A stretch of DNA of 64,000 nucleotides from Histomonas meleagridis 2922-C6/04-290x (taxonomy: Eukaryota > Protista > Parabasalia). Where the stretch lies: the NCBI GenBank assembly GCA_020184695.1, contig JAANOX010000146.1, forward strand, positions 216,548 to 280,547, written 5' to 3'. Position 1 is the stretch's first letter. Each line of letters starts with the position of its first letter. Below the pieces are notes generated by a model. That model had not been told where the DNA came from. It worked only from the letters and a program-made list of their open reading frames with translations, and made no database searches. Made by a program: the position numbers and the translations under genes. This document shows positions 43,616-54,580 of this stretch, one piece after another.

Positions 43616-43900
43616 AAAAATGGAGATTGTTTTATAATAATGTACTCATTAATTGATGTAGAAAGTTATCATAATGTAAAAGACTTTTATGAACTCATTA
43701 AAAATATAAAAGGTGAAAAATGTGCACCAATTGTAATTTGTGGGAATAAATGTGATCTTCAAGAGGAACGCTTAGTAAGCAAAAGAGAAGGATAAAAACT
43801 TGAATTGAAACTTCAGCATTAGATATATAAATATTCGAGAAATGTTTGAAACTATTGTTAGAAAGTAATCAATAAAAATAAAATGTGCGCCAACAGTATA
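43616..43900 (+). pseudogene. Ras/Rap-family small GTPase relic (C-terminal half)
   Basis: GDCFIIMYSLID.ESY..VKDFYELI...PIVICGNKCDL.EERLVS then a stop. G1-G3 motifs are not recognisable. Confidence 0.75.
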
Positions 43901-44227
43901 AAAAAAACACAATGAAATATATTTTTTTGTGAGAATCATATTTTCTTGTGTCTAAATAGAACCAAACCTATTTATAGCTAAACAAATGTTCTAAGTAAAC
44001 TGGATTCATATATATTACGTTCTGATTTATTGGTTATTTATTGTTGCAACATTTTAATAACAAATGTTTCTTTTCGCCTATCTTCGAGTGATTGTTGTAT
44101 TGAGATATGAAAAATGTTAAAAAATACAGTTGATAAAGTTCTGTACCTTTCTATTGAACAACTTTCTTTTCATATAATAATTATACACTTATAGATAAAA
44201 TTTTTAATGAAAAACATTCATTTTATT

Positions 44228-45589
44228 TTATAATTTATTATTATGTACAAATTGAATATAATCATCGACAGTTCCACTTGGATTTAGTATTTGCCAATCA
44301 ATGAGTTCATTTATCAGTTGTGCTAGCTGTGGCCCTGGCTTCACATTGTGCACCTTTGCTAAGTCTTTCCCATTGAGCAGTGGTTTGATTTCATACACAT
44401 TACAAAGATTTTCACTTTCAACAAATGGAACAAATTCATTATCAAAGAAATTCGAAATGCCTTCTTCAAAAATGAGAAGACGCGAAAACTTCCATAGTTT
44501 TCCAGTAGCTCTTATCCATCTTCCACATGTTAATCTATCTAATTGAGTAATTTGTGGAAATGTGAATGATCCAAGTAGAATCGAATTAGCAACATGATAA
44601 ACTTCTGTGCTAACATGTAAGTTACGAAGTAACGCACATTCTAAAGGAGGAATCTTCTTTCTTCGATTTATTGGATCTGAAACATTTTCATTTCTATAAA
44701 TAGGGCAATAAACGGTCGCCAGCGTGATGGGATAATGGAAATCGCCGCAAAGAAGTGGCTCAACTAAAGATGCTCGACTAAGAAAATCTTCCTCATTTAG
44801 ATTCCATTCATTGTTCGAATCAAAAATCTCATAGAATAATTGAGATTGAATGAGGTATCGAACATATTGAAATGGATTTGGTCCTTTAAGTGCTTTGGCA
44901 AGTTCAAGTTCGATTCGGGGCTTAGTAAGCTTCCGTGAAAAATCTTCTTTGACACTTTGAGCTGCAGTAATTATTTCTGGATCAACATCAAAACTAAATC
45001 TGGAAGCAAAACGGAAAGAACGAAGAATCCTTAATGGATCATCAGAAAAAGATAAGCGTGGATCATAAGTAGTGCGTATTATTTGTTGTGTAATATCTTG
45101 AATTCCAGTTTGAAAATCTTCAACTTTGCGTTCATTTATATTGTAAAAGAGAGAATTAATTGTAACATCTCTTCTTAGCGAATCTTCGGCTGGTGTTCCA
45201 ATTCGAATATTTGGAATTCGAGAATCTTCTGAATATTCATCACATCTGAGCTGACAAACATCAATCCAAAAGTCTCCAAAAAGACATATCTTTGCTGATT
45301 CAAGATGTTCTGATTGAGAAGGATTTGTTTGAACCTTTGCTTTTGTTAATTCCTGCATCTTTAATGCAAATTGTGGTCCCGAGGCGTTTTCAACGGACAC
45401 ATCAAGATCATCTGATTCCATGCCAAGAATTTTATCACGAACCCATCCGCCAACAGCACGAACAATAACAGGAGGATTAAAATGATTGCAAACATTTCTT
45501 AAAAGTTCGAATGCATTTTTTTCTTGCTGGGTAAGATTTTCTTCTGATTCAAGTCTTTTAATGTTTTCAAGAATAAATTCTTGATCCAT
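44228..45589 (-). CDS. CCA1: CCA-adding tRNA nucleotidyltransferase (class II)
   Basis: GGWVRDKILG..SDDLD, DSLRRDVTINSLFYN, DDPLRILRSFRFASR, PLLNGKDL. Probable ATG at 45589. Confidence 0.9.
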   Translation of the reverse strand: MDQEFILENIKRLESEENLTQQEKNAFELLRNVCNHFNPPVIVRAVGGWVRDKILGMESDDLDVSVENASGPQFALKMQELTKAKVQTNPSQSEHLESAKICLFGDFWIDVCQLRCDEYSEDSRIPNIRIGTPAEDSLRRDVTINSLFYNINERKVEDFQTGIQDITQQIIRTTYDPRLSFSDDPLRILRSFRFASRFSFDVDPEIITAAQSVKEDFSRKLTKPRIELELAKALKGPNPFQYVRYLIQSQLFYEIFDSNNEWNLNEEDFLSRASLVEPLLCGDFHYPITLATVYCPIYRNENVSDPINRRKKIPPLECALLRNLHVSTEVYHVANSILLGSFTFPQITQLDRLTCGRWIRATGKLWKFSRLLIFEEGISNFFDNEFVPFVESENLCNVYEIKPLLNGKDLAKVHNVKPGPQLAQLINELIDWQILNPSGTVDDYIQFVHNNKL

Positions 45590-45692
45590 AAAAGAGAGCT
45601 GGAACAAGGGCACCCCAAAACCTTTATAACAAAAAGTTGGAAGATAAACCATTCAATAAATTCGAGTAAGGCTATCGTTGTGCTGAAGAAAC

Positions 45693-46259
45693 ATGAGCAC
45701 AATTCTTTCTTTCATAGCTAAATTAATTTCAAATAATCGTGATGATGATCTTCGTGAGTTCATAGTTGCATACTTTCTTGAGGAAAAAGCATTTTCTGTT
45801 GTTGAAAAAGTTGTTCCAAATTCAGGATTTCCAGGAGGAAAATTCCTTCAAAAATCTAAGATCAATAATCCTAAAACAGGAAAGCCATATCAACCTGAAG
45901 AGGTCGGAATTGGCGAAGAGGTTAACTTAAATGGTTGGAGATTCAAACTGATCGGTGCAACAGAAGGAACACTTCGCGCTATGGAGGCTAATTCAGAAAC
46001 GTTCTCACGTTCTGATTTGGCATCATTTCTTCTTCCAATTTCAGAAAAACTTAAACATAAAACTAATGATCTAAGGATGGCCTTCCAAGAAAAAGATAAA
46101 TTTAAACGTGGAAGGGTACAGCGTGATCAAGTTGATCCAATTTTATCTAAATTTGGTATAAATTTGGGTCCACAAGAATCAATAACATTATTCAGAAGAT
46201 ACCAATTTGCTGACAGCAATTTGTTTGAATACAATGACTTTATTGATAATATCAAATGA
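45693..46259 (+). CDS. DM10-domain plus EF-hand protein (EFHC/Rib72-related)
   Basis: LREFIVAYFLEEKAFSVVE...NSGFPGGKFL...Y.PEEV.IG..V.LNGWRF.L followed by DKFKRGRV EF-hand-like loops. Confidence 0.8.
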   Translation: MSTILSFIAKLISNNRDDDLREFIVAYFLEEKAFSVVEKVVPNSGFPGGKFLQKSKINNPKTGKPYQPEEVGIGEEVNLNGWRFKLIGATEGTLRAMEANSETFSRSDLASFLLPISEKLKHKTNDLRMAFQEKDKFKRGRVQRDQVDPILSKFGINLGPQESITLFRRYQFADSNLFEYNDFIDNIK

Positions 46260-46444
46260 ATGGAAAGTAAAAATAAATAAAAAAATTTTTTTTGATTCTA
46301 AATTAATTACCTCTTCAAGATTTTTTGGTTTATCTGAAAATCCTTATAAGAAAAGACAAGATATGATTAATCTTAAATTGTTGGATTTTAACTAAAAAAA
46401 TCTTCTTTTTTTTGGTCTAATAACGAACCAAATTTTTCATTTCA

Positions 46445-48154
46445 ATGATCAGAGATTTGAGCTCTTTTCTTGATGAAATTCGGCAACAAACAGAAAACAA
46501 AGAAAATGTTTTCATCGAGTTCCAAAGGTTAGTTCAAAGATTTAATGATGGAGAAAGTTCACAAAATTTAATTCCGGAATTAATTAATCTTTTTAAAAAT
46601 GATCCTAAAATAGTGGAAAAATTAATAGAGTTCAGTGGAAAATCTAGCATGAAAGAGTTTCAACAATATACAAATCTTAAAAATGAAGTATCTAAATTTT
46701 TTCAAATTATTCCAAACACCTCTCCATTTTTTCCAGTTAAAGAATCTCTCAACCAATTTATATCAACCTTGTTCCTCCTTGCAATTCAAGAAATTATTCC
46801 TATTTCATTTTTGATCTTTAAAATTTCAAATTTAAATCCACCTCTTCCATCTCAAATCACATCCAAAATAACACAAGCCATGACAAAACTTACATCAAAA
46901 ATCCATTTTTTACGAATGATTTTTTATGATTCTCTTCCCCCTCCAAAAAACAACCCCACCATTATTAAACCGTCAATTTTGATTCCAACCGAAATACAAT
47001 TCTTAGTTATAGTAAATTTTCAATTGGATGCCACAAAAATTCAAAAGTTTATTGAACTCCTCACATTGTTTTCTTGTGGTTTCATATCAGTGGAAAACTT
47101 CACCTTAATGCTCAATCTCCTTGATAATTCTCTTTCTAATTTCATCGATTTATTAATAGATCCAGTAAATCCAAAATGTTTACATCCTTCCCATTTAGTT
47201 AAAACGATCAATCAAATTGGAATTGATTTAAATCAACAAAAATTATTTTTTGGAAATCAATTATTAGAATCATTAAAAAGAGTTTCACCATTATATGGCA
47301 ATAATTTATTGGAATCTGCTTATTTTTTTGAGCGTACAACAGAAGAAGAATATTTAAGTAAAGAATCGCAACAAATTTCGGAACTTCAAAGTATTCAATA
47401 TTTTAATTCTTATAAAAGTTGCATACATTATCTCCGTAATAAAGGGGAACTTGATAAATCAATTGAAATCACATTAAAATCATTATATGGTAATTATGCG
47501 CCTTCTTTAAGAGATTTTTCTCAATCACTTCCTTTCATTAATATATTTAATAAAAGATGTTTTAACTTAGCTTTAAATTCACATAAAAAATTGCATTATT
47601 TTTTATGTGATCAATTAAGAACAAATAATTTCGATTCACCTGAATGGAGAAAATCATATTTTTCATTAATGAAATTTTCATTTGTTTTTCATCATATTAT
47701 ATTGTTGCAAAACATATATATAATTTCCGATGCAGATATATTGACAAGACAATTTTTAGCCGAATTTTTAAAACATTTTCAAAATCTTGATGAAAAATTT
47801 AATGCATTTCTGTGTATTTTAAATGAAGGAACATTTTATTGTGGGAAAGAAATAGTTTTTGCGATTCATTATTATTTCGAAATCGAAAAATTATTAAATA
47901 ATTTTGATGATGTGCAAATTTGTATTACTGATTTCGCGCATACTATTTTTGAAGAGAACTTTGTAATAGAAGACGAAATTGTAAACATTGATATTCCTGC
48001 ATTAAATTTCGCAAAAGCATTAAACAAAGCAGAAATAACAATTTTTATGAACGTTACTGAATGTTTTTCATTAGAAAATGAAGACTTTTTGTTCGAGGTA
48101 AGAAATATTGGAAACGAAATATTGATAAAATCATTTGTAAATCCTATGACGTAG
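46445..48154 (+). CDS. Divergent Sin3-like protein with N-terminal PAH-like domain
   Basis: SFLDEIRQQTENKENVFIEFQRLVQRF...ELINLFKNDPKIVEKLIEF fits a PAH four-helix pattern. The remainder is divergent. Confidence 0.45.
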   Translation: MIRDLSSFLDEIRQQTENKENVFIEFQRLVQRFNDGESSQNLIPELINLFKNDPKIVEKLIEFSGKSSMKEFQQYTNLKNEVSKFFQIIPNTSPFFPVKESLNQFISTLFLLAIQEIIPISFLIFKISNLNPPLPSQITSKITQAMTKLTSKIHFLRMIFYDSLPPPKNNPTIIKPSILIPTEIQFLVIVNFQLDATKIQKFIELLTLFSCGFISVENFTLMLNLLDNSLSNFIDLLIDPVNPKCLHPSHLVKTINQIGIDLNQQKLFFGNQLLESLKRVSPLYGNNLLESAYFFERTTEEEYLSKESQQISELQSIQYFNSYKSCIHYLRNKGELDKSIEITLKSLYGNYAPSLRDFSQSLPFINIFNKRCFNLALNSHKKLHYFLCDQLRTNNFDSPEWRKSYFSLMKFSFVFHHIILLQNIYIISDADILTRQFLAEFLKHFQNLDEKFNAFLCILNEGTFYCGKEIVFAIHYYFEIEKLLNNFDDVQICITDFAHTIFEENFVIEDEIVNIDIPALNFAKALNKAEITIFMNVTECFSLENEDFLFEVRNIGNEILIKSFVNPMT

Positions 48155-48508
48155 AAATTATATATAATAGAAATATATTAATATAATTTTAATTAAAGAA
48201 AATTATAGAGTAAAATTAGATTAAAATATATAAATAAAAATATTGTAAATTTTCATTTCTTTTAAGATTTTTTGTAATGTACTAATTTAATTTATCAATA
48301 TTTATATATAAGATATTATTAAAAAAGTGATTTCATTAAGAAAATTTCATATCTAATTCCAACAAAATTTCCATTATAAACTCAAAAATATATAATAATT
48401 AAATTGAGATTTCATATCATATATTAAATTTTTATGATAAAATTTTCTTTATTTATATAATACAAACAAATATATTTTTATTCAATAACAATAATATATT
48501 TATGTTTT

Positions 48509-49340
48509 TTATCTCTCATGAAAGCTTGATTTATGTGTATTCTTTTTTAAGAATTTTTCAAGTAGTTTTACAATTTTGTCTTGTGATTTTTCAGCTGCAA
48601 GAATAAGGGCTGTTTCAAAATATTATAATGAATTCCAAATGTTTTTATAAAATCCTAAAAATTTGGAGAAAACTTCAAATAAAATAAGGAAATATTTTTA
48701 ATATTTACATTAATTCCTTTATATTTAAGAAGTATCTTAATAATTTTTGTTAATCCATAAAATGATACAATCATAAGTGCTGTATTAAACTAATTACATA
48801 AATTCCAATTTATATTGTAAAACATAAAATTAAAGTAAAAAGCATCAAATTAAACAATATAATATTTTTTGCATTAATATCAATTTCATTACGAGCAAGA
48901 AGTAATTTTATAATTTCTTTGTATCCATTTTTGGGAAGCAATCATTAAAGCTGTCCAAAATAATATAAATTTATTCCAACAACTATTTACAAACAGAAAA
49001 TTATATAAACAAACTTTAAAGATAATGAATTAACATCTTTTGTATTAACATCAATGCATTTTTGTTCAAGAAGTAATTTTATGATTTCAGTTTCGCCTGA
49101 AAATGATACGTACATTAATGCAGTTCGAAATTACATAAACATATTCCAAATTTTTCATTAGAACAAAGAACAAACAAATTGAATTATAAGCAAAACAAAA
49201 AAATATCTTTAGCATTGATATCAATACCATTTTGATTTAAAATATATTTTACAAGTTCAATATTATGTGATTGTGAAGAAAAAACTAAAATATTTTTTGG
49301 GATTTTATTTTTAATAAGAAAATGCAGAGTGGTTCCAACT
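48509..49340 (-). pseudogene. Ankyrin cassette array (locus D): 3' end of a DUF3447-type head, 4 spacers of exactly 80 nt, 4 cassettes
   Basis: The head remnant reads IPKNILVFSSQSHNIELVKYILNQNGIDINAKD. Spacers at 49125-49204, 48955-49034, 48784-48863 and 48614-48693. The last cassette TALILAAEKSQDKIVKLLEK ends at a stop at 48509. The third cassette has an apparent indel near 48930. Confidence 0.75.
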
Positions 49341-50057
49341 TGAGAAGATGATCACTCAGAAATTTTGTTTCAACTTTTTAAGGTATTTAGAATCAAATTA
49401 TAAATTTTTTTCATCAATTAAATATTCTTATATTACTTTTCACTTTTCATTTATGTATAAAATTTTAATATATTTTCAAAAATTAGAAATATCAAAAAAA
49501 AAGATTTCGATTGATATTTCATTTAGCATATATATTTTAATTGTATCTTTGATTGTGTTTATTATCGTTCAATTAATATTTGGTTTTATTTATTTGATAA
49601 TGAGAAAATCGGGCATAAATTTCATACAATGTTGCTAAAATTCTTCCTATGTCTTTTAATTGGCCCTACAGATTGCAACTAAATTTTAATATCATGTATC
49701 ATGTTTCTGATATTTTATTATATAATATTTTCAAAGAACTCTACCGTGTGGATTTAGAGACATTTTTATTTTTGTATAATGCTTTTAAGACTTGTGTAAA
49801 CAATTCAAAAATAGGTTGGTTATTTGCTATTTGAATTCATTTTGATCGTAAAAAAGTGGAATCAAATTTCACATGCATTTTTGTACAACTTTTTCTGGAA
49901 AATGAGAGAGTAGAATGTACTAAAACTTTAATCATATAAACTAGATACATATGACTATAATATATTAAAATATAAAACGAATCTATAGGGCCATTTTTCT
50001 AAAAAAACAAAAATAAAATGGAAAAATTTAATCATTTTTCATCTGTCACTTTTTGAA

Positions 50058-51372
50058 ATGGAAAGAAAGAATCCAATTATGGACAAATACAACGATAAAA
50101 GAGAGAAAAAGTAGCAAGTTGCAATTCGCAATCTCAAGGTGAATATTGTTTTGCCAAAAAAGGAAATTGTTCGCACAGATCAATCCACAAGTCCAATCCC
50201 TATTCTTGATCAACGAGCAACAAATGCAACACCAATTCTTCAAGAAATCAATAAGAATGTAAATAAGCCAGCAAAAGGCAGGAGATATTCCGTTGCAATC
50301 ATGATTTTCTCGTTACTTGTGATGTACTTTTCCCCATCGGCGTATTCAATTTTAAGAAGAACTTTGACAGGCCTTCCATTATTTTCATCACTTTACAACT
50401 CAAGAGCAAAGAGATTTTAGACCGTTCAGAATTTCTTTTAAAAACCGAAAAATTGTCTCAAATTTTGGAGACATATTCCAAAGAAAACAATATTTAAAAT
50501 ACAGAAAAAATCAAAGCAATAATCTCCGTTGATGCAGCCAGTGTTACACAGTCCAATAACATTTTTTCTTCAGGAAGAGTTGCTGGCTTGATCGAAGAAA
50601 TCAACATTTCTCAGGATGAAGTAGAAAAATTGAAAAACTCATATCAAAAATTCGAACAATTTTTGATAAACAATTCAAAATCAACATTAAAGGCTGCTTT
50701 TGTTTTCCAGCTTCAACCTTTGGACAAAATTTACCCCTGCTTAATTATACACGTTATACCATGGAACACGGGGAAAGAAAATCCTAAAATCGTCCAAAAG
50801 TTAGACGAATTGAAAAAAATTATTGAAAAAAATAGCAATTTTGCAATTATTGGATATGCAGCTGATGGAGACAACTCAAATCGTCACTTTTTAAGAAATT
50901 TGGCTTTCAATGGTATACGGAAAAGTGACGATGTTTGTTTCTTTCTGATAACCTTCATCTTATGAAAAGGGGAAGATATTGGTTTTTGAAAAACATTAAT
51001 AAAATAGCAACCAATGTCAATCAATTCATTTCAGATTTTTGTGTTCAATATAATATACCTTCAATCGTGATGTCAAACGAAAAAATCACGAAAATGCATG
51101 ATTCTTTGCCAATTCGGGTTTTTGATCTCAAAGTTCTTTTGAAATCAGTTATTGAAGGTCATAATCTAATTTTCAGTTATATTTTCCCATGGTCTCTTTT
51201 TATGACTTCAATTAATTCCAAAAATATTTCAATGGAAAAACGATACAAATACCTTCTGATTGTATTGAATAATTATTTCAATTGGTTCTCACAACTTTAT
51301 GATCAGAACTTGGTCATTGATACCAAAGGAACAATTTTAAGCTTGCTTAGTGTTTTTAAAAATATGAAAGGG
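50058..51372 (+). mobile_element. P-element/THAP9-superfamily DDE transposase relic (frameshifted, truncated)
   Basis: YFSPSAYSILRRTLTGLP, IISVDAASV, GYAADGDNSN, DNLHLMKRGRY and KMHDSLPIRVF follow the order of P-element transposase motifs. The gene is split over three ORFs. Confidence 0.6.
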
Positions 51373-51579
51373 ACACACACACTAACAGCATATCCTTAGC
51401 TTGGTGCGTTGCACTCGCTCGCGGCTAAGCTGAACATAGATGATCCCGAAGTGTGTGTTTTGGTCCGCTTTTTCGTTGCTACTACATGATACCCATTAAT
51501 ATTATCCTCTACATTCCATCAAGTCATCAAGCATTTATTGTATCATTCATGGCGGCATCAAAATCATGATTTTTCATGA

Positions 51580-52110
51580 TGCAAAAGCTGAACCAAAAAA
51601 TTTTCATTTTTGGGGTAGGTCTCAGAAATGGCACTTCTATCTTGCACATGTGCAGGATGCAGAATCTTTCAAAAATGAATCATTATTGAAGAACGGAAGT
51701 CCAAAAAAGCTGAACAAAAAAATGTCAGGTGGTTCAGCATACCTCATTTAATCCGACACATGTGTCGGATGCAGAATCCTTCAAAAATGAATCAAAATTG
51801 AACGTCAGAGCTGAACAAAAAAATGATCAACCCTTAATTTCAAAAATGACTGAAATCAGTGATTTTTCATGGTTTTCAACGTGTATATCGTGTAAAAAGC
51901 GTAGTTTTGCCATTCAACGTAAAATCCTTCAAAAATGAATAATTATTGAAGAACGGAAGTCCAAAAAAGCTGAACAAAAAAATGTCAGGTGGTTCAGCAT
52001 ACCTCATTTTATCTGACACATGTGTCGGATGCAGAACCATTCAAAAATGAATCATAATTGAAGGACGGAAGTTAATCCTGGAGTTTTAGATAAAAATAGA
52101 AGGACGGAAG
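51580..52110. repeat. Palindrome-containing direct repeats, ~260-nt period
   Basis: gaacggaagtccaaaaaagctgaac...atgtgtcggatgcagaa occurs twice (units aligned at 51700 and 51960). A 20-bp palindrome atccgacacatgtgtcggat lies at 51751-51770, with GCTGAAC/GTTCAGC inverted pairs. Confidence 0.85.
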
Positions 52111-52344
52111 TATGATAACATTTGAAATAATAATAAATTCTGATTCGACGGGTATAAGTAATGAGTATCAGTAATGAGTATTAGTAATGAAATTCAGTAA
52201 TGACAACATTGATGCTAGCGTCGACGGTTCTACCAAATGTGCTTCATTAATGATTGAAATATTCTTTCTCCACTTCCGATCGAATTTGTGGTGTAGCTTG
52301 ACGTAAAAATAAAAGGTGACAGGATTCTGTCATCACGACCAAAA

Positions 52345-52824
52345 TCACATATCAAATATATTTTTAGAATTTACATCAACAGGAGAATCTAAAATTTGTG
52401 TTAATTCTCCTTTAAATTGATCAGGGATTGAGAAATTAGAATTTGCTTTTCCCGAATAACTCTCTACTGATTTGAGCTTTGTTCCTATGTCATTAATTTT
52501 AGCAATTAATTCATCAGTAATTGTTTTAATAATGTCAGATCTTGCCGCCATATATTTATTATTAAGTTCTGCCGGAGCAATGTTTACTAATTTCTTTTCA
52601 CACACTTTTGCTAAAACATTATTAACAAATTTAATGTCGGCAGAATGTAACAACTTTAATGTCTTATCATAAAATTTTACTCCGACAAGAATAATGTGTT
52701 GAATAATATATTTCTCCGATTTCTTATTCAATTTAATGTTTTCAGAGTGGTTATATTTAGATTCAACAGCAGCATATTCTTGTACTTTGTACTTACTAAT
52801 TAAATAATTATGAAAATCTTCCAT
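52345..52824 (-). CDS. Element-encoded hypothetical protein; its frameshifted tail shares a motif with the integrase C-terminus
   Basis: 159-aa ORF. LRQATPQIRSEVEKEYF at ~52250-52305 lies in another frame. Confidence 0.55.
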   Translation of the reverse strand: MEDFHNYLISKYKVQEYAAVESKYNHSENIKLNKKSEKYIIQHIILVGVKFYDKTLKLLHSADIKFVNNVLAKVCEKKLVNIAPAELNNKYMAARSDIIKTITDELIAKINDIGTKLKSVESYSGKANSNFSIPDQFKGELTQILDSPVDVNSKNIFDM

Positions 52825-52865
52825 TTACTTATCCGTGAATTAATAATTTTTATAAAATTAAAACA

Positions 52866-53762
52866 ATGCGAAAAAATAAATTATCGGAAGTAGATAAAAA
52901 ATTTGATGATATAGAATCAATGTTTGAAAAACTTGAGCAAAAGAATATGGAAGTATTAAATAATGCACAGATAAAACTTATTCACGACAGATTTATTTTT
53001 TTTGCACAGAATGGTATAAGTGCATTTATCGCACCAATGGGCAGTGGGAAGAGATATACATATTTAAAACTTGCTGCTAAACAAGAAGTACTATTTAATG
53101 AGCCTTTCTTCGAGCTAATAACAATTTGCAGCACAAGTAATAAATTCGATGAAACAGTAAACATTTATAAAGAAGTGATTAAAAAGAGTAAGCTCGTTGC
53201 CGTAAAAGATACTCAGTTACTCGACTGGTTAAATATGTATATGAGACGGATTTTAAAATATAATTCGATCATTAAATATATCAACAGCAATTTTAAAGAG
53301 ACTGACAAAGAAGTAAAAAGATTATTTACAAAACATAATTTAAACAATCAAAAGAAAAGATTAAAATATGTTGCCGAAAAGTTGGCAAAATATTTGTGGA
53401 GAACTTATCCTCACCGTTGCTGGCTCATTCTTGATGACTTTGCATCACATCCATTACTGAGGAATAAAGAAACGGAGATATCAAGGTTATTAAAGAAGCT
53501 CAGGCATTTTAATATTAATGTTACCATATGTGTTCAAACAGTGAAGAGTATCCCAAAAGATATTAAAAGAACATTGTCAGACATTGTATTATTTAATGGG
53601 ATCGGATATGAAAACTTCTTCGATCTGTTAAAAGAATCACCTGCGAGTGTGTTTGATGCAAAAAAATTATGGCAAGAGTTTAGTAGATTAAAAGATCCTC
53701 ACGCAACATTTACACTTCACATTAAAGCGAAGAGAGTAATAGTAAATCAAATAATAAAATAA
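52866..53762 (+). CDS. A32/FtsK-like genome-packaging ATPase
   Basis: Walker A APMGSGKR (T replaced by R), Walker B LILDDF, and the KKLRHFNI...CVQ motif typical of Polinton/PLV/virophage ATPases. Confidence 0.9.
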   Translation: MRKNKLSEVDKKFDDIESMFEKLEQKNMEVLNNAQIKLIHDRFIFFAQNGISAFIAPMGSGKRYTYLKLAAKQEVLFNEPFFELITICSTSNKFDETVNIYKEVIKKSKLVAVKDTQLLDWLNMYMRRILKYNSIIKYINSNFKETDKEVKRLFTKHNLNNQKKRLKYVAEKLAKYLWRTYPHRCWLILDDFASHPLLRNKETEISRLLKKLRHFNINVTICVQTVKSIPKDIKRTLSDIVLFNGIGYENFFDLLKESPASVFDAKKLWQEFSRLKDPHATFTLHIKAKRVIVNQIIK

Positions 53763-53793
53763 AAAATTTATTTTTGTTGTTATTGCTCTTACT

Positions 53794-54549
53794 TCAGCGA
53801 TTGCTTTCGCTTTGCTCAATAGCGAATAAATTATCATCAGGAAGACCTTGGACGCTTATGGTAATGTATAATGGATTCAATAAATGAACTTCATGAAGAT
53901 TAGCATCAACTAGTGTTAATTGTAAATGTGATAGATCATTACTGTTTAATTCGATTCCAAAATCAGCGTTCGATACTATTATCGGAAAGTTTGCTGAAAA
54001 TGAGTTATTAATTCTTAGAACAATTTTTGATATGTTAATTGTTTCATTAAGATTTCGATATGAACTTTTCCCGACATTTGAAAGAAGATATAGAACAGGA
54101 GTTGATAAGATGTTTCCGACACTTTCAGCAATAATCTCATATTGTTCATTATAAGATGCAGGAATAGGAAGTACTTGAGAATATAATCCGGATATTTGAA
54201 TAATATTATATGATGCACTGTTGATAGTAAAGGCTGTGTCGGAGCTGAAAACAATTCTTCCCGCTTCATCAACTTCAGAAGTTACACCTGATTCTTGGAT
54301 GAGTGAGTTTAACAGAAGTATAAATGTTTGTGAATTGAGGTCTGTGTAATCAATCGTGAAATAATATTTTTTCTTGTTTATTTGTATAAAATCATCTTTC
54401 TCAATCACAACAATAGAACATTTTGTCGTTAATGACGTAACAATCATTTTGGCTAGTCTTGTCGGTGGTGATGGAAGATTAACGTCGATTCTATTATAAT
54501 GTGCAGCATCATAAGAAGATATTGTGTAATCAATTACAGCATTATACAT
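53794..54549 (-). CDS. Putative minor capsid (penton-like) protein 1
   Basis: 251 aa and beta-rich, with C-terminal LQLTLVDANLHEVHLLNPLYITISV resembling PLV/Polinton penton ends, and adjacent to the ATPase. The fold is inferred. Confidence 0.55.
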   Translation of the reverse strand: MYNAVIDYTISSYDAAHYNRIDVNLPSPPTRLAKMIVTSLTTKCSIVVIEKDDFIQINKKKYYFTIDYTDLNSQTFILLLNSLIQESGVTSEVDEAGRIVFSSDTAFTINSASYNIIQISGLYSQVLPIPASYNEQYEIIAESVGNILSTPVLYLLSNVGKSSYRNLNETINISKIVLRINNSFSANFPIIVSNADFGIELNSNDLSHLQLTLVDANLHEVHLLNPLYITISVQGLPDDNLFAIEQSESNR

Positions 54550-54580
54550 TTTGTAAAAATAAAATTTTTATTTTATTAAA

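Noticed and set aside
52345-52824. Major capsid protein
   Set aside because: Too short and predicted helical, with no double jelly-roll features. No MCP could be supported anywhere in the window.
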